64,000 nt of DNA, from the NCBI RefSeq assembly GCF_003704095.1, contig NW_020843601.1, positions 186,001 to 250,000 of the forward strand, read 5' to 3'. The stretch is from Pocillopora damicornis (Eukaryota). Shown one piece after another: positions 1 to 13,660 of this stretch (position 1 is the first letter of the stretch; each line of letters opens with the position of its first letter). Below the pieces are notes generated by a model that searched no databases, had not been told where the DNA came from, and saw nothing but the letters and a program-made list of their open reading frames with translations. The translations under genes and the position numbers were made by a program.

Positions 1-3000
1 TCAGCACAACATGCAATTTTAATAAAGATTGCCCAAAAATTTGTTTAAGGTTTTATTTAATTTCACCAGCCAAGTAAAAACGTATTTGATCATCTGTCGA
101 CAGTGACAGGGGATCTAACCTTATGGAGCTTTTACGCAACACAACTACGTGCAGCAGATAAAACCTTAAGGTTAATATTCCTTCTTTAATCTAGTGAACT
201 GTCCTGTTTTTAATTTACCTCCTAGCTACACAAGGAAGCGATTCAAGCTAAAATCATATTTCTTAATGTAGTTAATAATTTTTTTTTTTGAGCTTGAACA
301 AACTTAATATAAAAAATACCTAGAAATCTCGATTTCGATCAGCTAACGGTGACAGCTTTTCTTTTATGGAAAAATTGTTTACTACTCAAGCAATTAAACA
401 AGTAAAAATAATTGGTACTCTAAACGAACTTTTCTTCCGCAGGCGTTGCTTTTAATTTAGTTTCTGTAAGTTTTCTATCATCAAAAGCGTATTCTTCAAA
501 AACGTTAAGACTTGGACGTTGCATAAAAAAGAAAGCAGGGTAACTTTATGCAGCTTGCAACCAAGCAACGAAGATCAATTTAAAACGTTTTTTTACAGTT
601 ACTCGCCAGCAAAGTTTGATACAATGAATCACCCGGCAAGTAGGTGAAGTGGCCTTTGTTGGAAACTGCTTGCGCTCGGAAGTAAATGATTGTGCAAAAC
701 CTCATTGTAATTGTTTTTCGTTTTATGTCTGTTCCTTGTGGAATTGTTTTGAAGGACTGTCATTAATTTGGAACGATATTACACGTTTGTAAAATCTACG
801 GGGAAAAACGTCAGGGTTCGGTAAACAATCAGGAAACAACCGCTTGCAGCCAGACTTTTCCTGAATTCGAACTCCCTCGGAAATTTTCTTTTTCGAACAA
901 CACTTTTTTAAGGAACAGAACGTGACGAAGAACAATATTTATATATGGGACAGCTTGAACAGTATGTTCGAGGCTAACTAATCTCAGCATCTTAAGTATA
1001 TTGTGTCAATATTATGGTGAAATTTCAAGCTCTCGAATGTGTTTACTGAATGCAAACTTAAAACAAAAGAAAACCTTTTTTTCCACCCTGTTACTCCAAT
1101 TGATTTAGTTTAAAATTTCCATAAATGTTTGCTCGATAAGTTGTATTTCAAAGTCGCCCAGTCTCTTACCGTGCAGAATCTGTTAATGTCACTCGGGAAA
1201 ACTTGTCAAAAGCTACGTTATACAATTCTAATCTCGTTTATTTTCTGTGTCGTGTGAATTGTCATATGAAGCGAAGCAGATATTTGGCCAGCTTAAGGGG
1301 AGCGGGAGAGCAGGGGGGGGATAATCAACCATAGTCCCTCCCCCCTCACCACTTTTGCCCCTTTTTATCCAACTTTATCATACAAAGTTGAACTACACCG
1401 CTGCCGCTCACCGGTTTTTTTTCCTCATATGCGCCAATGAGTAAATATGGAGACCTGTGGTAAGAATAAAAATCAAAAGTATTTCAAGTTTGTTGATATG
1501 TATCCTTAAGTTTTTTTCTTCTCGGAAAAAAAAATAATATGAATGTGACGCCGTACATGAGCATGTGACGTAGTTCAGAATCAGTCCTTGGCGGTTACCT
1601 ATCAGTTGTTGACAAAAAATAAAGTGCTTAAATAAATTTTCAAAAGAAAAAATCACATATGATGCAAGGTTATTCAGTATGAAGGTCCGAAAATGTCATA
1701 TTTATTTCCGTAATAAACTCTTTTCAAGTCTAGATTGTTTTTCAGCAAAAATTGATTGAAATTCAATCTAAGTTATTATCACAGCTTTTGCCAAATGGTG
1801 CGCAAAATACATGTATTGAATTCGGTTTCCTTTCTATTTTTTCCAGTTATCTTAAGTGTACATGCAATGGCCATCAGCTTCATCTCCAAACATGATATTC
1901 TTTTTTTTTTGGCTTGGTTATTTCCAAAACACCATAGCTCCTTTTTTTCTAAAATCCTAGATGCCATAAAAATCGAACCTTTGAGGAAGAGGAGTTTGAT
2001 AAACGGTCAAGCTCTCATGTCCGATTTGTTTCATACTGACATGCATGTAATCAAGAAATAAAATATATCTTTTAATAAGCACAAAAGCGTAAGGATTATT
2101 GCGCGGATTTAAAAATATCCTTTCTACATCAGTTTTACTGTTGATTCTGCTTGAATCCATAATCTTTCTGTTCTAGCACTTAACTTGCATACAAAGCTAG
2201 CTTTAATTACTCAAGATTCGGCATCATTGCATTATAGAGCCCTTAAATTAGTGATCAGAATCTGAAACTACTCAAAATTTATTGCCTGTTTCTGGAATGA
2301 TGCTTTATAATATCACATCAGGTTAGAAGACGCCGATAGAACCCCAATTTAACAAACACCATGATTCACTGAAAGGCGATAGGGTCAAGTCAATCCATAT
2401 TGCATTTCTCATATTTTTTGAAATGACAAGTTTGTCAATGCAGGGATCACATCACTCTCTCTTGCAGATCTCACTGAAGTTGCTTAACCCACGCTGATAT
2501 TAACATATTATCATACTTCTCAGCCCAAAAATTTACTAGAGAACTGAATTTAAACTTTTACATCCAAGCTAGCTATAAAAATGCTTTGCACGTGCTCACT
2601 TAAATTTTTTTTTTTCTGTGAAAAAAGAAAAGGGTCATTGAAGAACTGTAATAAAACACTGAAGGTGACTGCTTTCAAGCTTGTTAATTAAGTGTTTCCA
2701 TATAGGAGGTTAAACAAAAAGGTAATGTTATTGATGGATTTGCCAACCCGGCGATCTTCACGAATCTATATCACCGCTGATTAAAATACACATTGGTTCG
2801 CTCAAATATTATAGACACCTGCGCTGTCTCGTTTATAAGTGTATAAATAAGCTTGGGAATCAACAAAGTTTTTGTTTTAAATCTAGTGCACTTTTAATTC
2901 ACACGTTGTAATCAAAGGCAATTCATTTCAACGTGATTGTTTTGTGTTGGTTTTCGCGTTATGGTTGAGAAATGAAGATTTCCAACACATTTCTCTGTCA

Positions 3001-3039
3001 GTTTTGGAAGTGATCAGTTTGATACAAAGATCTCACATC

Positions 3040-3969
3040 ATGGGAGATCAACCGCATTGTTCAGGAGATATATCTACTGCCTCAGCTATAATCCTGGGAA
3101 TTTTTAACGCAGTATCCGGATTAGCGGCCATCAGTGGAAATCTAATGGTTCTTGTAACTTTCTTCAAGAACCGCTCCCTTCACCAACCGTGTTATTACCT
3201 CATTGCTTCATTATCAGCCATCGATCTGTTCGTGGGCTTGACAGTGAATCCGTTGTACATCTTGTTAACTAACGTTGTCCCTTGGCAGTACAGAGAGAAG
3301 CATCTTCTGCAGCTGGAAAGCTTTTTTGCAATGTCCAGTTCGATGATCATCATGCACACTTTGTGCACTATGAGCCTAGAGCGCTATACTGCTGTTATCT
3401 TTCCTTTGCGCTATTACAGCTTTGTAACCGTAAAGCGCACTGTAATCGTTGCGATAATCACTTGGGTTTTCGGCTTCACACTCAATGCCTTTTCCTTTGC
3501 ACTGGATTCCCAAGACTTGCCAAAACTGTGGATTATCTGTGGAGTATTAACAGGACTTGTCCCCATGGCGATCATCTTTTACTCCTATGGGAAAATTTTC
3601 ATAGCTGCGCGCGATCAATCGCGAAGAATTGCCATTGCAGAGAACAGTGTCTCCGTAATTTCGCGAGACGCTGAAAGCACAGAGAATGGCGCAGAAATAA
3701 CCCCTCGAATTGAGCCCAAAAAAGCTAAGAAAAACGCCTGGACAGTAGGAATAGTTGTTCTGGTGGCTGTCTCTCTCTCTATGCCAGTGAGTGTGGTCAG
3801 TGTTCTGCAGATTGTCACCAGCGACTTGTGTCGTCGCAGACATTACAACCGAGCATGGATGTGGGCCGCTACGCTGTCTCTTACAAGTTCGGCAATGGAT
3901 CCGTGGATCTACGCAATGAGAATTAGGGAGTTCAGAGCCACCTTCAAACGCACACTGTGTATAACATAA
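3040..3969 (+). CDS. Intronless class A (rhodopsin-like) GPCR, 309 aa, orphan, adenosine/melanocortin-receptor-like
   Basis: ORF 2944..3969, first ATG at 3040 (MGDQPHC). Seven hydrophobic segments with GN (TM1), SLSAIDL (TM2), SLERY (TM3), W (TM4), P..Y (TM5) and DPWIY..REFR (TM7/helix 8). Confidence 0.92.
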   Translation: MGDQPHCSGDISTASAIILGIFNAVSGLAAISGNLMVLVTFFKNRSLHQPCYYLIASLSAIDLFVGLTVNPLYILLTNVVPWQYREKHLLQLESFFAMSSSMIIMHTLCTMSLERYTAVIFPLRYYSFVTVKRTVIVAIITWVFGFTLNAFSFALDSQDLPKLWIICGVLTGLVPMAIIFYSYGKIFIAARDQSRRIAIAENSVSVISRDAESTENGAEITPRIEPKKAKKNAWTVGIVVLVAVSLSMPVSVVSVLQIVTSDLCRRRHYNRAWMWAATLSLTSSAMDPWIYAMRIREFRATFKRTLCIT

Positions 3970-5840
3970 CTTCAGTGAAAAGAAAAGCAAACTCACCAAG
4001 TACTGCGGAACTAAAGCGTATTAACCAAATCCTTACTCAAAGGGCATGTGCCAGAACCGAGCTGGTTGTGTGGGAACGAGCGATCAAGATTTCTGAGGTG
4101 TCAAAACATTCTCGCAAAAACTTTCCTTATCATTTTTCTCAGTTGGGACGTTTCACTAGTAGTGCCTGTTTATGGTTTAAACGAAGAACCGGAGCCCACT
4201 TTTTCATACGGGTTGAAGGTTCCGCTGTCCCAACTATAATGCGGCCGTTCCTTAAATTTCTGAATCTGAAACACAATAACACGAACCATACGACCACAAT
4301 TTTATTGAAGAGTTTTATTCCTAACATCGCAAGCTACTGACTCATCTTTCATTATAATCTGGCAGATCAAAATTTCATCTTTTAAACATCTAAACCTGAT
4401 TTTCATCTGTTAAAATTTTTATCGTGCGATTTCTCTGACTAAAATACTTAAAAGAGAGCAAACACACAGTATGTTTATATTTAAGGGTTGTCAAGTTCTG
4501 CTCTCGAAAAATCTTACTAAACACCGCACGCCTTCTTAATTACCACAACTACGTCTCTCCTGGAGATCAAATCTAAATTGTCGGTTAAATGCTTCCTCTG
4601 CGAGGCTGAATTTTAGGGCATTGAGAATAAGTACCAAATATCCGGATGAAATTAACCAACTTTCTGTTTAATTTTTATCTTTTGATTAAGCGCACTTTAC
4701 CTTGAACGGAGACATTTTAAGGCCGAGGTGAAGGTCAATTCATGTTAATTGGAATCGGCAGTTAACACGAAAGTTTACTTAGGAAACCAATTTTGATTGG
4801 TTGACCGTAGCGTAGATGCAATAAATGAGAAGCTTACGAAATGTGTAGTAGTTAATGAACAAAATAGTGAAGTGAACATGTTAGATCCGATGGAAAAAAA
4901 AAAACTTGTACGCATGAATAAAACGTGATTTCAATTTCAGATCGAAAACAATATCAATTGCCTTTCTTGAGGTTAGTGACTATTGGCGGATTTAAGATTA
5001 ATTCTTTGCAGTAAACGACAAAAGGCCAAAATGTACTCTAAACATTTCTATGATATTGCTTAATTTATCGATGACCCCTGCACCAAGACTGTAGAAAATT
5101 AGTAAATAATCCTCTGATTATTTTAAAAAGCAAATGTTTTCACTTGAGCTAAAACATGAAAATAGCCGAAAGCGGTCTTCGAGAAGGTTATTTTTTTTTT
5201 ACTGCCCTAAGTAAGTATGAGGTAAATTTAGAACGACAAATATAATGTATATGGCTGAATAGATAGAACCGACATCTGTACAGTGTACATAAATTGCATC
5301 GACATTTGATCGTCAACGTTTACGAACCTTTATCGGACAGAAATGATTTGTTTTACAGATAACTAAATTTTAAATGGCATGTTAATGTATACATGAATTT
5401 ACGCTACTAAACTGAAAATAAAATTTCATATTAAAAATACTTATATTGCTAGCTTAAGAATACTCGTTTATTTATTCTGCGTCAGCGTACGGCGAAAAGA
5501 AATAAAGCAGCACTTTAGTTTATGTAATGTCTTTTATCGAGTCCCAAAAAATTAATTGCATATCGCAAAATCTAACTTCAAAGCTCTTAAAGTATCCCTT
5601 GACTTTCGAGGACCGTGGAAACAAACTATGAGACACTTTAACGATGAAATTTCTCAGGCGACAAAAAAAAATTAAGATTGGAAAATTTTGAAAGAGGTCG
5701 AAAGATTAGATGTCATTAACCTTCATATTCCAGGCTCTCAAAATCCTAAGAATGGGTTAAATTTTCCAAATGAGCTCCCCTAACGCCGGGAGAGACTGGA
5801 GAAAAGTCAAGCGCCCCTTATGGCGCGGTGGCCGCCCCAC

Positions 5841-5880
5841 ATTCTTCCTCTTCTCTTCGAACAAGGTAAAATGGCGGACA
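5841..5880 (+). promoter_or_regulatory. RPS19 TCT/5'TOP pyrimidine start, non-coding exon 1 (donor after 5865) and YY1-like site in intron 1
   Basis: attcttcctcttctcttcgaacaag|gtaaaatggcgg: a pyrimidine tract, then a donor, then AAAATGGCGG. This layout is typical of ribosomal protein genes. Confidence 0.7.
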
Positions 5881-5997
5881 CGAAATTTCTGTAACAACCA
5901 CGTGTATTTAAATTTCACGGCTATTACGGAGTGTAAGAGCGCCATCTAACTTATAAGTTATGCGCTGAACAATAGTTGTATGTCTTCTCTCCAACAG

Positions 5998-8900
5998 ATG
6001 CCCGGTGGTGTGACAGTGAAAGACGTTTGTCCACACGAATTCATCAAGGCTTTGGCGGCCCATTTGAAGAAGTGAGTTTTGATGAAGGTGACTTTTTGTC
6101 GGCCGCACATCGATCTGAATGTCACTCTCTTTAAGTGCAATTCTTTTAAGGTGGTGAAGTTGAATTTATTAATTCTGAATTTATTGTGTTTATGTCAAAA
6201 ACACCCGGATATAAAGTTTGCAGTGATACGAAGTTAACAGCAAGGGCAGGCTCGACTTTAGGTCAAGTTGACCAAATTGATACTCAGAAGCAACTTTTCA
6301 GTTAACGGCAAAATCCAATCAGCTGTTGTAAAACTTAAAAACATCCAGCTAATCGCTCAGACTTCGAAAGACCTCGTGGTTACATTCTGTCGGAATTATA
6401 TTTTTGCCTTTGCATACTGTATATCAATCTCAGCTGATACACTACTCGTGTAAGATTTGGTTAAAGATTACATGATGTTGTTGTTATTATTATTACTTTT
6501 TTTATATATCTATAATTTTACTTTAAACACACTTGAATTGTGATTTGTTGACTATGTCTTGCTTGTTTTATTTAACATGTAATGAACAGGCATTTAATAA
6601 TTTGTAACCTAAGGATCAGTTGCAGTTCATGTCTCTCTATTCATTACTAAACTAACAGTAATTGTGAATTTTATTTTTAGATATATGATTTAAAAGTTAG
6701 AGAAACATTTCAGCATTGATGTCATCTTGTGGTTCACAGTTACACACCAAATTCTGTTTTCCTTTTCCTCCATGCAAACTCTTATGTTTCTGAAACAAAA
6801 CTTCCTGCACTTGTGTATAATCTTGACAGTTTCAAGGAAATTAAAGCAATTGAAATCAACATTAGTTACATGTATTTTTCCCTTCTACTTATGCATGATT
6901 TGTTGATTTGAATCTCTAGGGGTGGCAAGCTGAAGGTTCCCGAATGGGTGGACTTGGTTAAAACAGCCAAAAGGAAAGAACTTGCCCCGTACGATCCTGA
7001 CTGGTATTACATCAGGGCAGGTAATGGAGCTGTTTGCTTTTTTATTGCTGTGAAAGAACATCAAACATCTTGCTTTATCAGTAAAAACAAAATCTAGCTT
7101 CAGAACTAGAAACATTTTTTGTAAATTAAAAAGATGTTCACCAAAACTTTGCAGGGCTCCAAGCTTAAAAAAAATATGTATAGAGGACATTTTTGGGCAA
7201 TGGTACTTGATATTTTGTGAATGAAAATTTATCTTGAACTCACTTAAGACCATATAGCAAACAGAATTTTCAAAAAATTACTGGTTGCCACTAGACCGCA
7301 GAATACAGCTCACTGAATTGGTTACTTCTATAGCAAATTTAGTTTTTGAAAATTTTATTCTACTAACCATGGCAATCAAAACAGCTACAGCTTGGAGAGA
7401 TACAGGGGGAAAATAGATGAACCCAATATCTGTACTTGCTCTGTTTGTGTTGAAACCATTTGATTGTGTGTCATGGTCTCACTTAAGTGTTAACATGAAT
7501 GATGTCATTCCCATAATCACTTAAAGAATCAAGGGTAAAGAATTGGCAGGGCTGGTTATTTGTTTCATGCTATTATTGATGAACATACTGTTTGCTATTG
7601 AATTAAACAGCTTCGATCCTCCGTCATGTGTACCTGCGCAGTGGTATTGGTGTTGGTCACCTCACTCGTGTTTATGGAGGTATTTTATTATCCTTTGTGC
7701 TTGTTGTTGTGTCATTTACATTGGTTGATTGTTTTATTGTCATTATTGGATGAAAGGAAGAAGAGGTGATTTAGAAAAACATTTAACTATAAAAAATTGC
7801 AATAAAACATTTCTTTAAATCATTTGAAGATTGCTAAAAACCAACAACATTTCGATGTTGGCTAAACGCCATTATCAAGTCAAAAAAATATTTGTAAGGT
7901 GCAGTCTATATATACTAAAGTAACATTGCCCGATAAAAAGCTATACCGCAAGAAAATAAAAAATTTTGATAGTTCAGTCTTTGAATTGTTGTTCATCAAG
8001 AATCTCAAGCCTAATTGAAATATCAAGATGGACTCCATACATGCCAAACTTTCTGTTTGGTCACTATTGTTTTTTCTTATGGTATAGCTTTTTATGACTT
8101 TGCAAGCACCCCTCAGAATTGTAAACCAATGTTAGTTTAATCTGTGGAACACAAGAACATACCATCACAGCTTGTTGTGTCTACAGTTTCTGATTCTCCT
8201 ATAGATAAAATAATATGAAGTTGCAGTAAACACTGTGGAGAAATGATAATAAATGCGCAGAGACTAAAGTGGGCTAACACAGATCTGGAACAGTTTTCCC
8301 AGACTACATTACCTTGACATAGTTTCTTTAACCCTTTAACTCCCAAGATCTCATTAGTAATTCTCCTTACTGTCTACCATACAATTCATATGATATTAGT
8401 TTGGATAATTTGATATTGGATCAACTAATAATCCCCTAGTTGATATTTTTCTTTATTCTCATTACTTGTCCGCTTGATATTGTACTGACAGTGTAAGGAG
8501 AAATTCTGTCTTAGTCACTAGTGGGACTTAAAGGGTTAACAATAATTATTTTGTGCAAGAGCTACTTAAATCCATACAATGTACCCTCCCTAAAGTGAAA
8601 TTCATAGGAAGTTGCAGGAGACAGTGTGAAGAAATGATATTGAGACCACAGGAATGAATGTGGGCCAACACAGATCTGTAACAGTTTTCCCAGACTTCAA
8701 TACCTTGACATAGTTTTCTTAACAATAATTATTTTGTGCAAGAGCAAACTAAAAAAGTCACCCATATCTCATCCACTCAGTTACTTTAATCTGCTTATGT
8801 ATATTTGTTAGTTTGAGGGAAGATATTTACAGAGGGACAAAGACATTCCATGTATTCATAGTAACCTCTTAAAACAAAATTATAACATGGAAGACAAACC

Positions 8901-9564
8901 AGGATATTTCTTGTGTTATGCAGGTCGCAAGCGACGTGGTGTCAGGCCAAGCCATTTTGAGCGCGGTTCTTCATCTATCGCTCGCAATATTTTGAAAGGC
9001 CTGGAACAGCTTAAAATGGTTGAAAAGGACAACACCGGGTAAGAAAAATAACATATTTTCTTGACAATCGTTCTTATATACACGTGAAATATGTGAGACA
9101 AACTTTTCTGTCATCAGGCATAGTATAATAACATGATTTTGAGTGCGATTTGGTGTTAAAAAGCACAAGCAAATTTTTCAGACATAAAAATTGCAGAAGC
9201 CCATAAGGTGAAGTGCAATTTGTAGTCTTTGAAAAATTTACAATTTTGCTTATTACACTAAATTACTACAGAATTTTTTATTACCTGTTAATAATTCACA
9301 TGAAATAAACATATGAAATTTTTGAAAGTGTGCATGTCCTATTTGTAATTTGCACTTGTGTTTCAACTTTGCACTTCTGTTACATGAGAATGCACTCATT
9401 GTACATAATTACATCATTTCCATTCCTTCAGCGGTACTTTTTAGATGGTCAGTAGTTCATAAGGGTAAGGGAACATCGTTTGTTGATCGAAAATGTTGTT
9501 CTCTTTCAGAGGCCGAGCAATCACAAGTCAAGGCCAGAGGGATCTGGACCGAATTGCTTGCCAG
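5998..9564 (+). CDS. RPS19: 40S ribosomal protein S19 (3' exon missing, probably in gap 9813-9912)
   Basis: GT-AG exons 5998-6071, 6920-7020, 7611-7679, 8924-9038 and 9510-9564 splice in frame to [138 protein letters not shown]. Confidence 0.97.
8332..8535. mobile_element. TTAA-targeting MITE family A (piggyBac-like ends), 204 bp
   Basis: TTAA|ccctttaactccca...tgggacttaaaggg|TTAA, ~14-bp TIR. Related copies at 40767-40968, 56897-57101, ~27347-27556, ~54657-54860 and a partial at ~16131-16225. Confidence 0.85.
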
Positions 9565-9812
9565 GTAAACTTGAAGTTTTGATCTTTGTTTTGGAAGAGA
9601 CTTATTTACAACTAGGGCTGTCAAAGTTTTTCAGTCATCCCATAATTTGTTCACAAGTAAGGGAAACAACTTCCTTGCTTAAAGTTATGGTATCTACCTC
9701 TCAGAGTGACTAGCATCTAATTTCTCCCTACAATATTACCCCTGAGTCACTCATTTAGGTCATGAGAATTAAGGAACTGATCACCAACTAAAGAAGTTCT
9801 TGATTGTGAAAC

Positions 9813-9912
9813 NNNNNNNNNNNNNNNNNNNNNNNNNNNNNNNNNNNNNNNNNNNNNNNNNNNNNNNNNNNNNNNNNNNNNNNNNNNNNNNNNNNNNNNN
9901 NNNNNNNNNNNN
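9813..9912. other. Assembly gap (100 N)
   Basis: Run of 100 N; the left edge is a truncated MITE (family C). Confidence 1.
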
Positions 9913-10699
9913 TACGTGATCGTGACATACAAAGCCGATTAAGTTAATCCAGGCAGGGAACTTCCCTTCCCTGCAGGAAACACGACCAGATTCAATCACA
10001 AGGCCAAAGGTTATCTGGCAGCTCCACTCACTGACACGGTAGGATTCAAAATACACCACGTACTTCGATAATACGCTGCCTCCTTTACGTAAGTATATAC
10101 ATTGTACTCTTCTACGTTATCTCTGGTACGGAACGCTTTGGTTGCTAACAGTATTGAGAGAGTCGAGTCGACTAAAGACACTGTCAACACCAAGTGACCG
10201 TTCGGCTTTCACTTTGTAGATGATCTGCGCATAATTCTCAAGGTACGATCGATGCATTCCTCGCTTCAGACAACCCAAACTGACCAGATCTACTGGCCAA
10301 TGAGTTTTGTCTAACTCTTCTGCAAGTAACTTTTATTTAAGAACCCCGTAACAATTCATACCAAGTTCTTGACTTTTTTACATTTCTGCAATACCCCTCC
10401 CCATCCCCCACCCCCAGAACATAGGTTTGTTTTAAGCACCACCCCCCTCTCTTCACACAAAACAGACTATTTTTGATGAAAACTTTATCCCGGTTGCTTC
10501 TCTAAGAAAAGCTTTACTGCACTTGTTGGAATCCTTCAAATAATGATGTTTATTAGCGTAGATGAAGCTCTTGCTTCAGAGAAGAAACCTAATTAAGATA
10601 ATTTTTATTCAACACAAAGCTATTCCCAATTCATCTCGTTTTCTTCTGTTTTAATTTGCCTTATTTTTGACGATGAAGGTTAATGTTGCCGATGAGAAT

Positions 10700-12628
10700 A
10701 TGAAGTTTGCTCTTTTAATCGCCGTTCAAAATGTATTCATCTTGGCTGTCTATGGGCAGAGCCGGATTACACCTTGGAAAAACAGGGACTGCGCAAGGGT
10801 AAGAATGACCTTCTCCCCGTTAGAAGTAAATCTTTCAGCCATACACCCCCTATCCATTCTCTTTCCTCTTCGAATCCCCAGCTGAGGAATTCTCTCTTTC
10901 AGTGAGAGCGATTGTCAGACAATTTTTTGCGTGAGTTTCTGAGTAAACTTGGCAATGCATTAGATCTATTTTAAGCTGTTAAAGTGATAACAATACACCA
11001 TTATTTAGAGAATAAACAATGAATCGTCCAATTTTAAACTGTAAGCTGATTACTTAAAATCCCCTAATCGTGATATGATACATTGCCAACGCGCCTTTTA
11101 CACGCGCGAGAGAAAATTACGCCGGCACGCGTGCTAACGCGAATTTACCCGCGTACGCTACTTGCTTTTACAATCATTACACTTAAACCAAGTACGAAGG
11201 TGATTTTACTCACTCCTTCTCTCATTTTGTCTCCGACTTTGAAATGTTCCTTACGAGATATTCGCAACTACTTTACGTCACGCGAGCATAATCGTGTATC
11301 GTGATGAGATACTCGAGAGATAAAGCGTCATTGGAGAAACCAAAGTTTTGCCTTTAGACATGACGATTTTATTTTAGTCAAATACGCATTATTTTACGAT
11401 GTGATCAAATCATCCGCAAAGTGAATTTTACCAGATTAACGACGTGTTTTGACGGAAAGCTTTTTAAACTTCAGATGACTCAGGCTTGTGATCAGATAAC
11501 AACTGGCGTCCAAGGAACATCCGGGCCTCCAGGAATCGCTGGGAGCCGCGGTGAACCGGGCCCGGCAGGACCTGCAGGACCACAGGGGCTTAGAGGGCCT
11601 CCTGGAAGATCTAGACCCGGCCCCCCAGGACCACCGGGGCCACCAACGGGTCAACGGCGGGGTCCCCCAGGGGATCGCGGCGAAAGAGGAAGGAGAGGGA
11701 GCCCCGGGGACCCTGGAGACGATGGAGAGAATGGACTGAGAGGAAGGAAAGGATTTAAGGGGTTTGATGGGGTTAAGGGAAGGAGAGGCCCGGAGGGAAG
11801 TCCTGGAGAGCGAGGGCCTCCTGGTGTGACAGGGTCCGCCGGTACCATGGGAACTTGGACGCGCTGCTCCTGGGAGTTAAACCGCAATAAAGATAACGGA
11901 CTGCTAAAGGTTTACTAGCCACACATTTGTTTTGTTTTTTTTTTATTTATTTATTTTTTTAAATATGTATTATACCATTATGCAGCTGCTTTGGTCTGGG
12001 AGAACCAAGCGCTAAACTTCTTGACATAGCGTCTTTAGGGCGAAGAGGTCTTTGGATTGCCTCAGATTCCAAAAGACAACAGTCTTTCATCGATTTCCAC
12101 AAACACAATCGCTTAACATGCACATCGGCAACAAGCCGCGACATCTAATCGTAGATTTGTCTTTGATAACTCGTGGATGTAGAATTTGTGTTCATTTCAA
12201 ATACTTTTAATCAGTTCTGTACATTTGAATCTAGAACGGATCCAAATAAATTCTCTTTTTTTCAGGAATGTATTTTCACCAAAAAAGACCCCAACTCAGT
12301 CTTACGCGTGGTGTATGAAGGAAATCTACAGATTGGTCTCTGCCAGGATTGCTGCAAGCGTTGGTACTTTATATTCGACGACGCCGAGTGTAACAACCCA
12401 GGCCCTATCGACGCGATTGTGTCGGGAGGTCTGAGTCGTGATTACCCCTTTTACTCCTATGGCAGAATCGAAGGCTTTTGTGAAAGAAGATTTTCTTCAG
12501 GGCCGATTCGAATTGGACTGCAAATGGAGAACTGTAAGACTTTTGCGAGCTCTCTGTTACCCTACAATATACAACTGTACAAGCGTTATGGAAATATACT
12601 CATTCAAGAAGTTTCGCCAGCGCAGTGA
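10700..12628 (+). CDS. CTHRC1-like secreted collagen protein A
   Basis: Exons 10700-10798 (signal peptide [19 protein letters not shown]; alternative ATG at 10673), 11475-11909 (Gly-X-Y repeats then WTRCSW) and 12266-12628 ([19 protein letters not shown]...[10 protein letters not shown]...EGFC...IQEV), all phase 0. The C-terminal domain follows the CTHRC1 pattern. Confidence 0.9.
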
Positions 12629-13660
12629 AATATATCTGTAACCAGTTTTCCCAGTCTCTCTTTTAGCCCGAGTGTTAACGCGGTCCCATTTTTTGTTCTT
12701 TTCCTAGCTGTGAAGCCAATGACAACTTTAAATCTTTCCTTAATAACTACGCAAAATAAAGAAGTCTTTTACTCTTTGATGGTAAAGTCATACAGTGGAG
12801 CATTCATAATCAGAGCTTGTTCCATTAAAATTCCTCCTCTTTCTTGCCCTGTGTTCATAGCAGTACTCATTCTCTCCCAATATGACCGTTGTGTAAGAAA
12901 ACAGAGAAAATTGACGCCGCGCGCAATCTGGGGTCGAGAAACCGCCTTTTCTCTGCGCGGGAATGCATCATCGGTTTCCTTGTTTCTTTTTTTACTGCGT
13001 TTGACGAATAAATCTGAAGAAGAGAAGCTGTTTGTAGTTTAATTTTTTTTGCGTCTTGTGGAGCAGAAAATTTCATGAGTGCTTGCAAGGCTTGGTTGTT
13101 TATTCGCGAGAAATTTTGGCAGCTAATATAAATCAATTTAGCCAGCATTTGTTTATCACAAAGCTCCTCATTCTTGTAGTCAATCATTTTCTGCGCGACT
13201 CCCACGCCTGTCGATCGTGCAAGTTATTCATTCCGCACCTTCTCATACGCGCATGTTTCATACACTCGCGCGAACCTCACCTGGAGCGCTTCAAACAGAG
13301 AGGTATGAATTGTAAAAGCGCATAATCGACAGAAGTGAAAATCTTAGGTCCGTCCTATAGTATTGACGAATCTTTGTCAAATGTTTACTTGTTATTTCCT
13401 TCAGAGACACTCCAAGACAATGAATAAACAATGCACAACTATATTGTTCAAAACGAGAATTTTCGTGGCTGTTTTTTGCGAACTGACGAGCAGGGCTTAT
13501 CTCTTTAAATCCGGAAATCCCCTTGCGATGAATCAGTTAAGAAAGACATCCTGTTGTTTTGCGCTATTCTTATCGGCGTCACGTAATCTCGTGAGAGAAA
13601 ACAGACACAATATTGTAGTTGATGTGATCGTGACGCGCAACGCGCTTAAAGCGGACGGAG

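Noticed and set aside
8196-8322. Possible H/ACA snoRNA pair in the duplicated RPS19 intron segment (AAATGA, tctgg..ccaga stem, ACA-tag)
   Set aside because: The hairpins are weak and not compensated between copies, and the 5' part resembles decayed MITE ends. It would need a snoRNA covariance-model hit or small-RNA reads.
9913-10330. Coding-looking sequence after the first gap
   Set aside because: Only short frames with no recognisable family, and no consistent splice model could be built.
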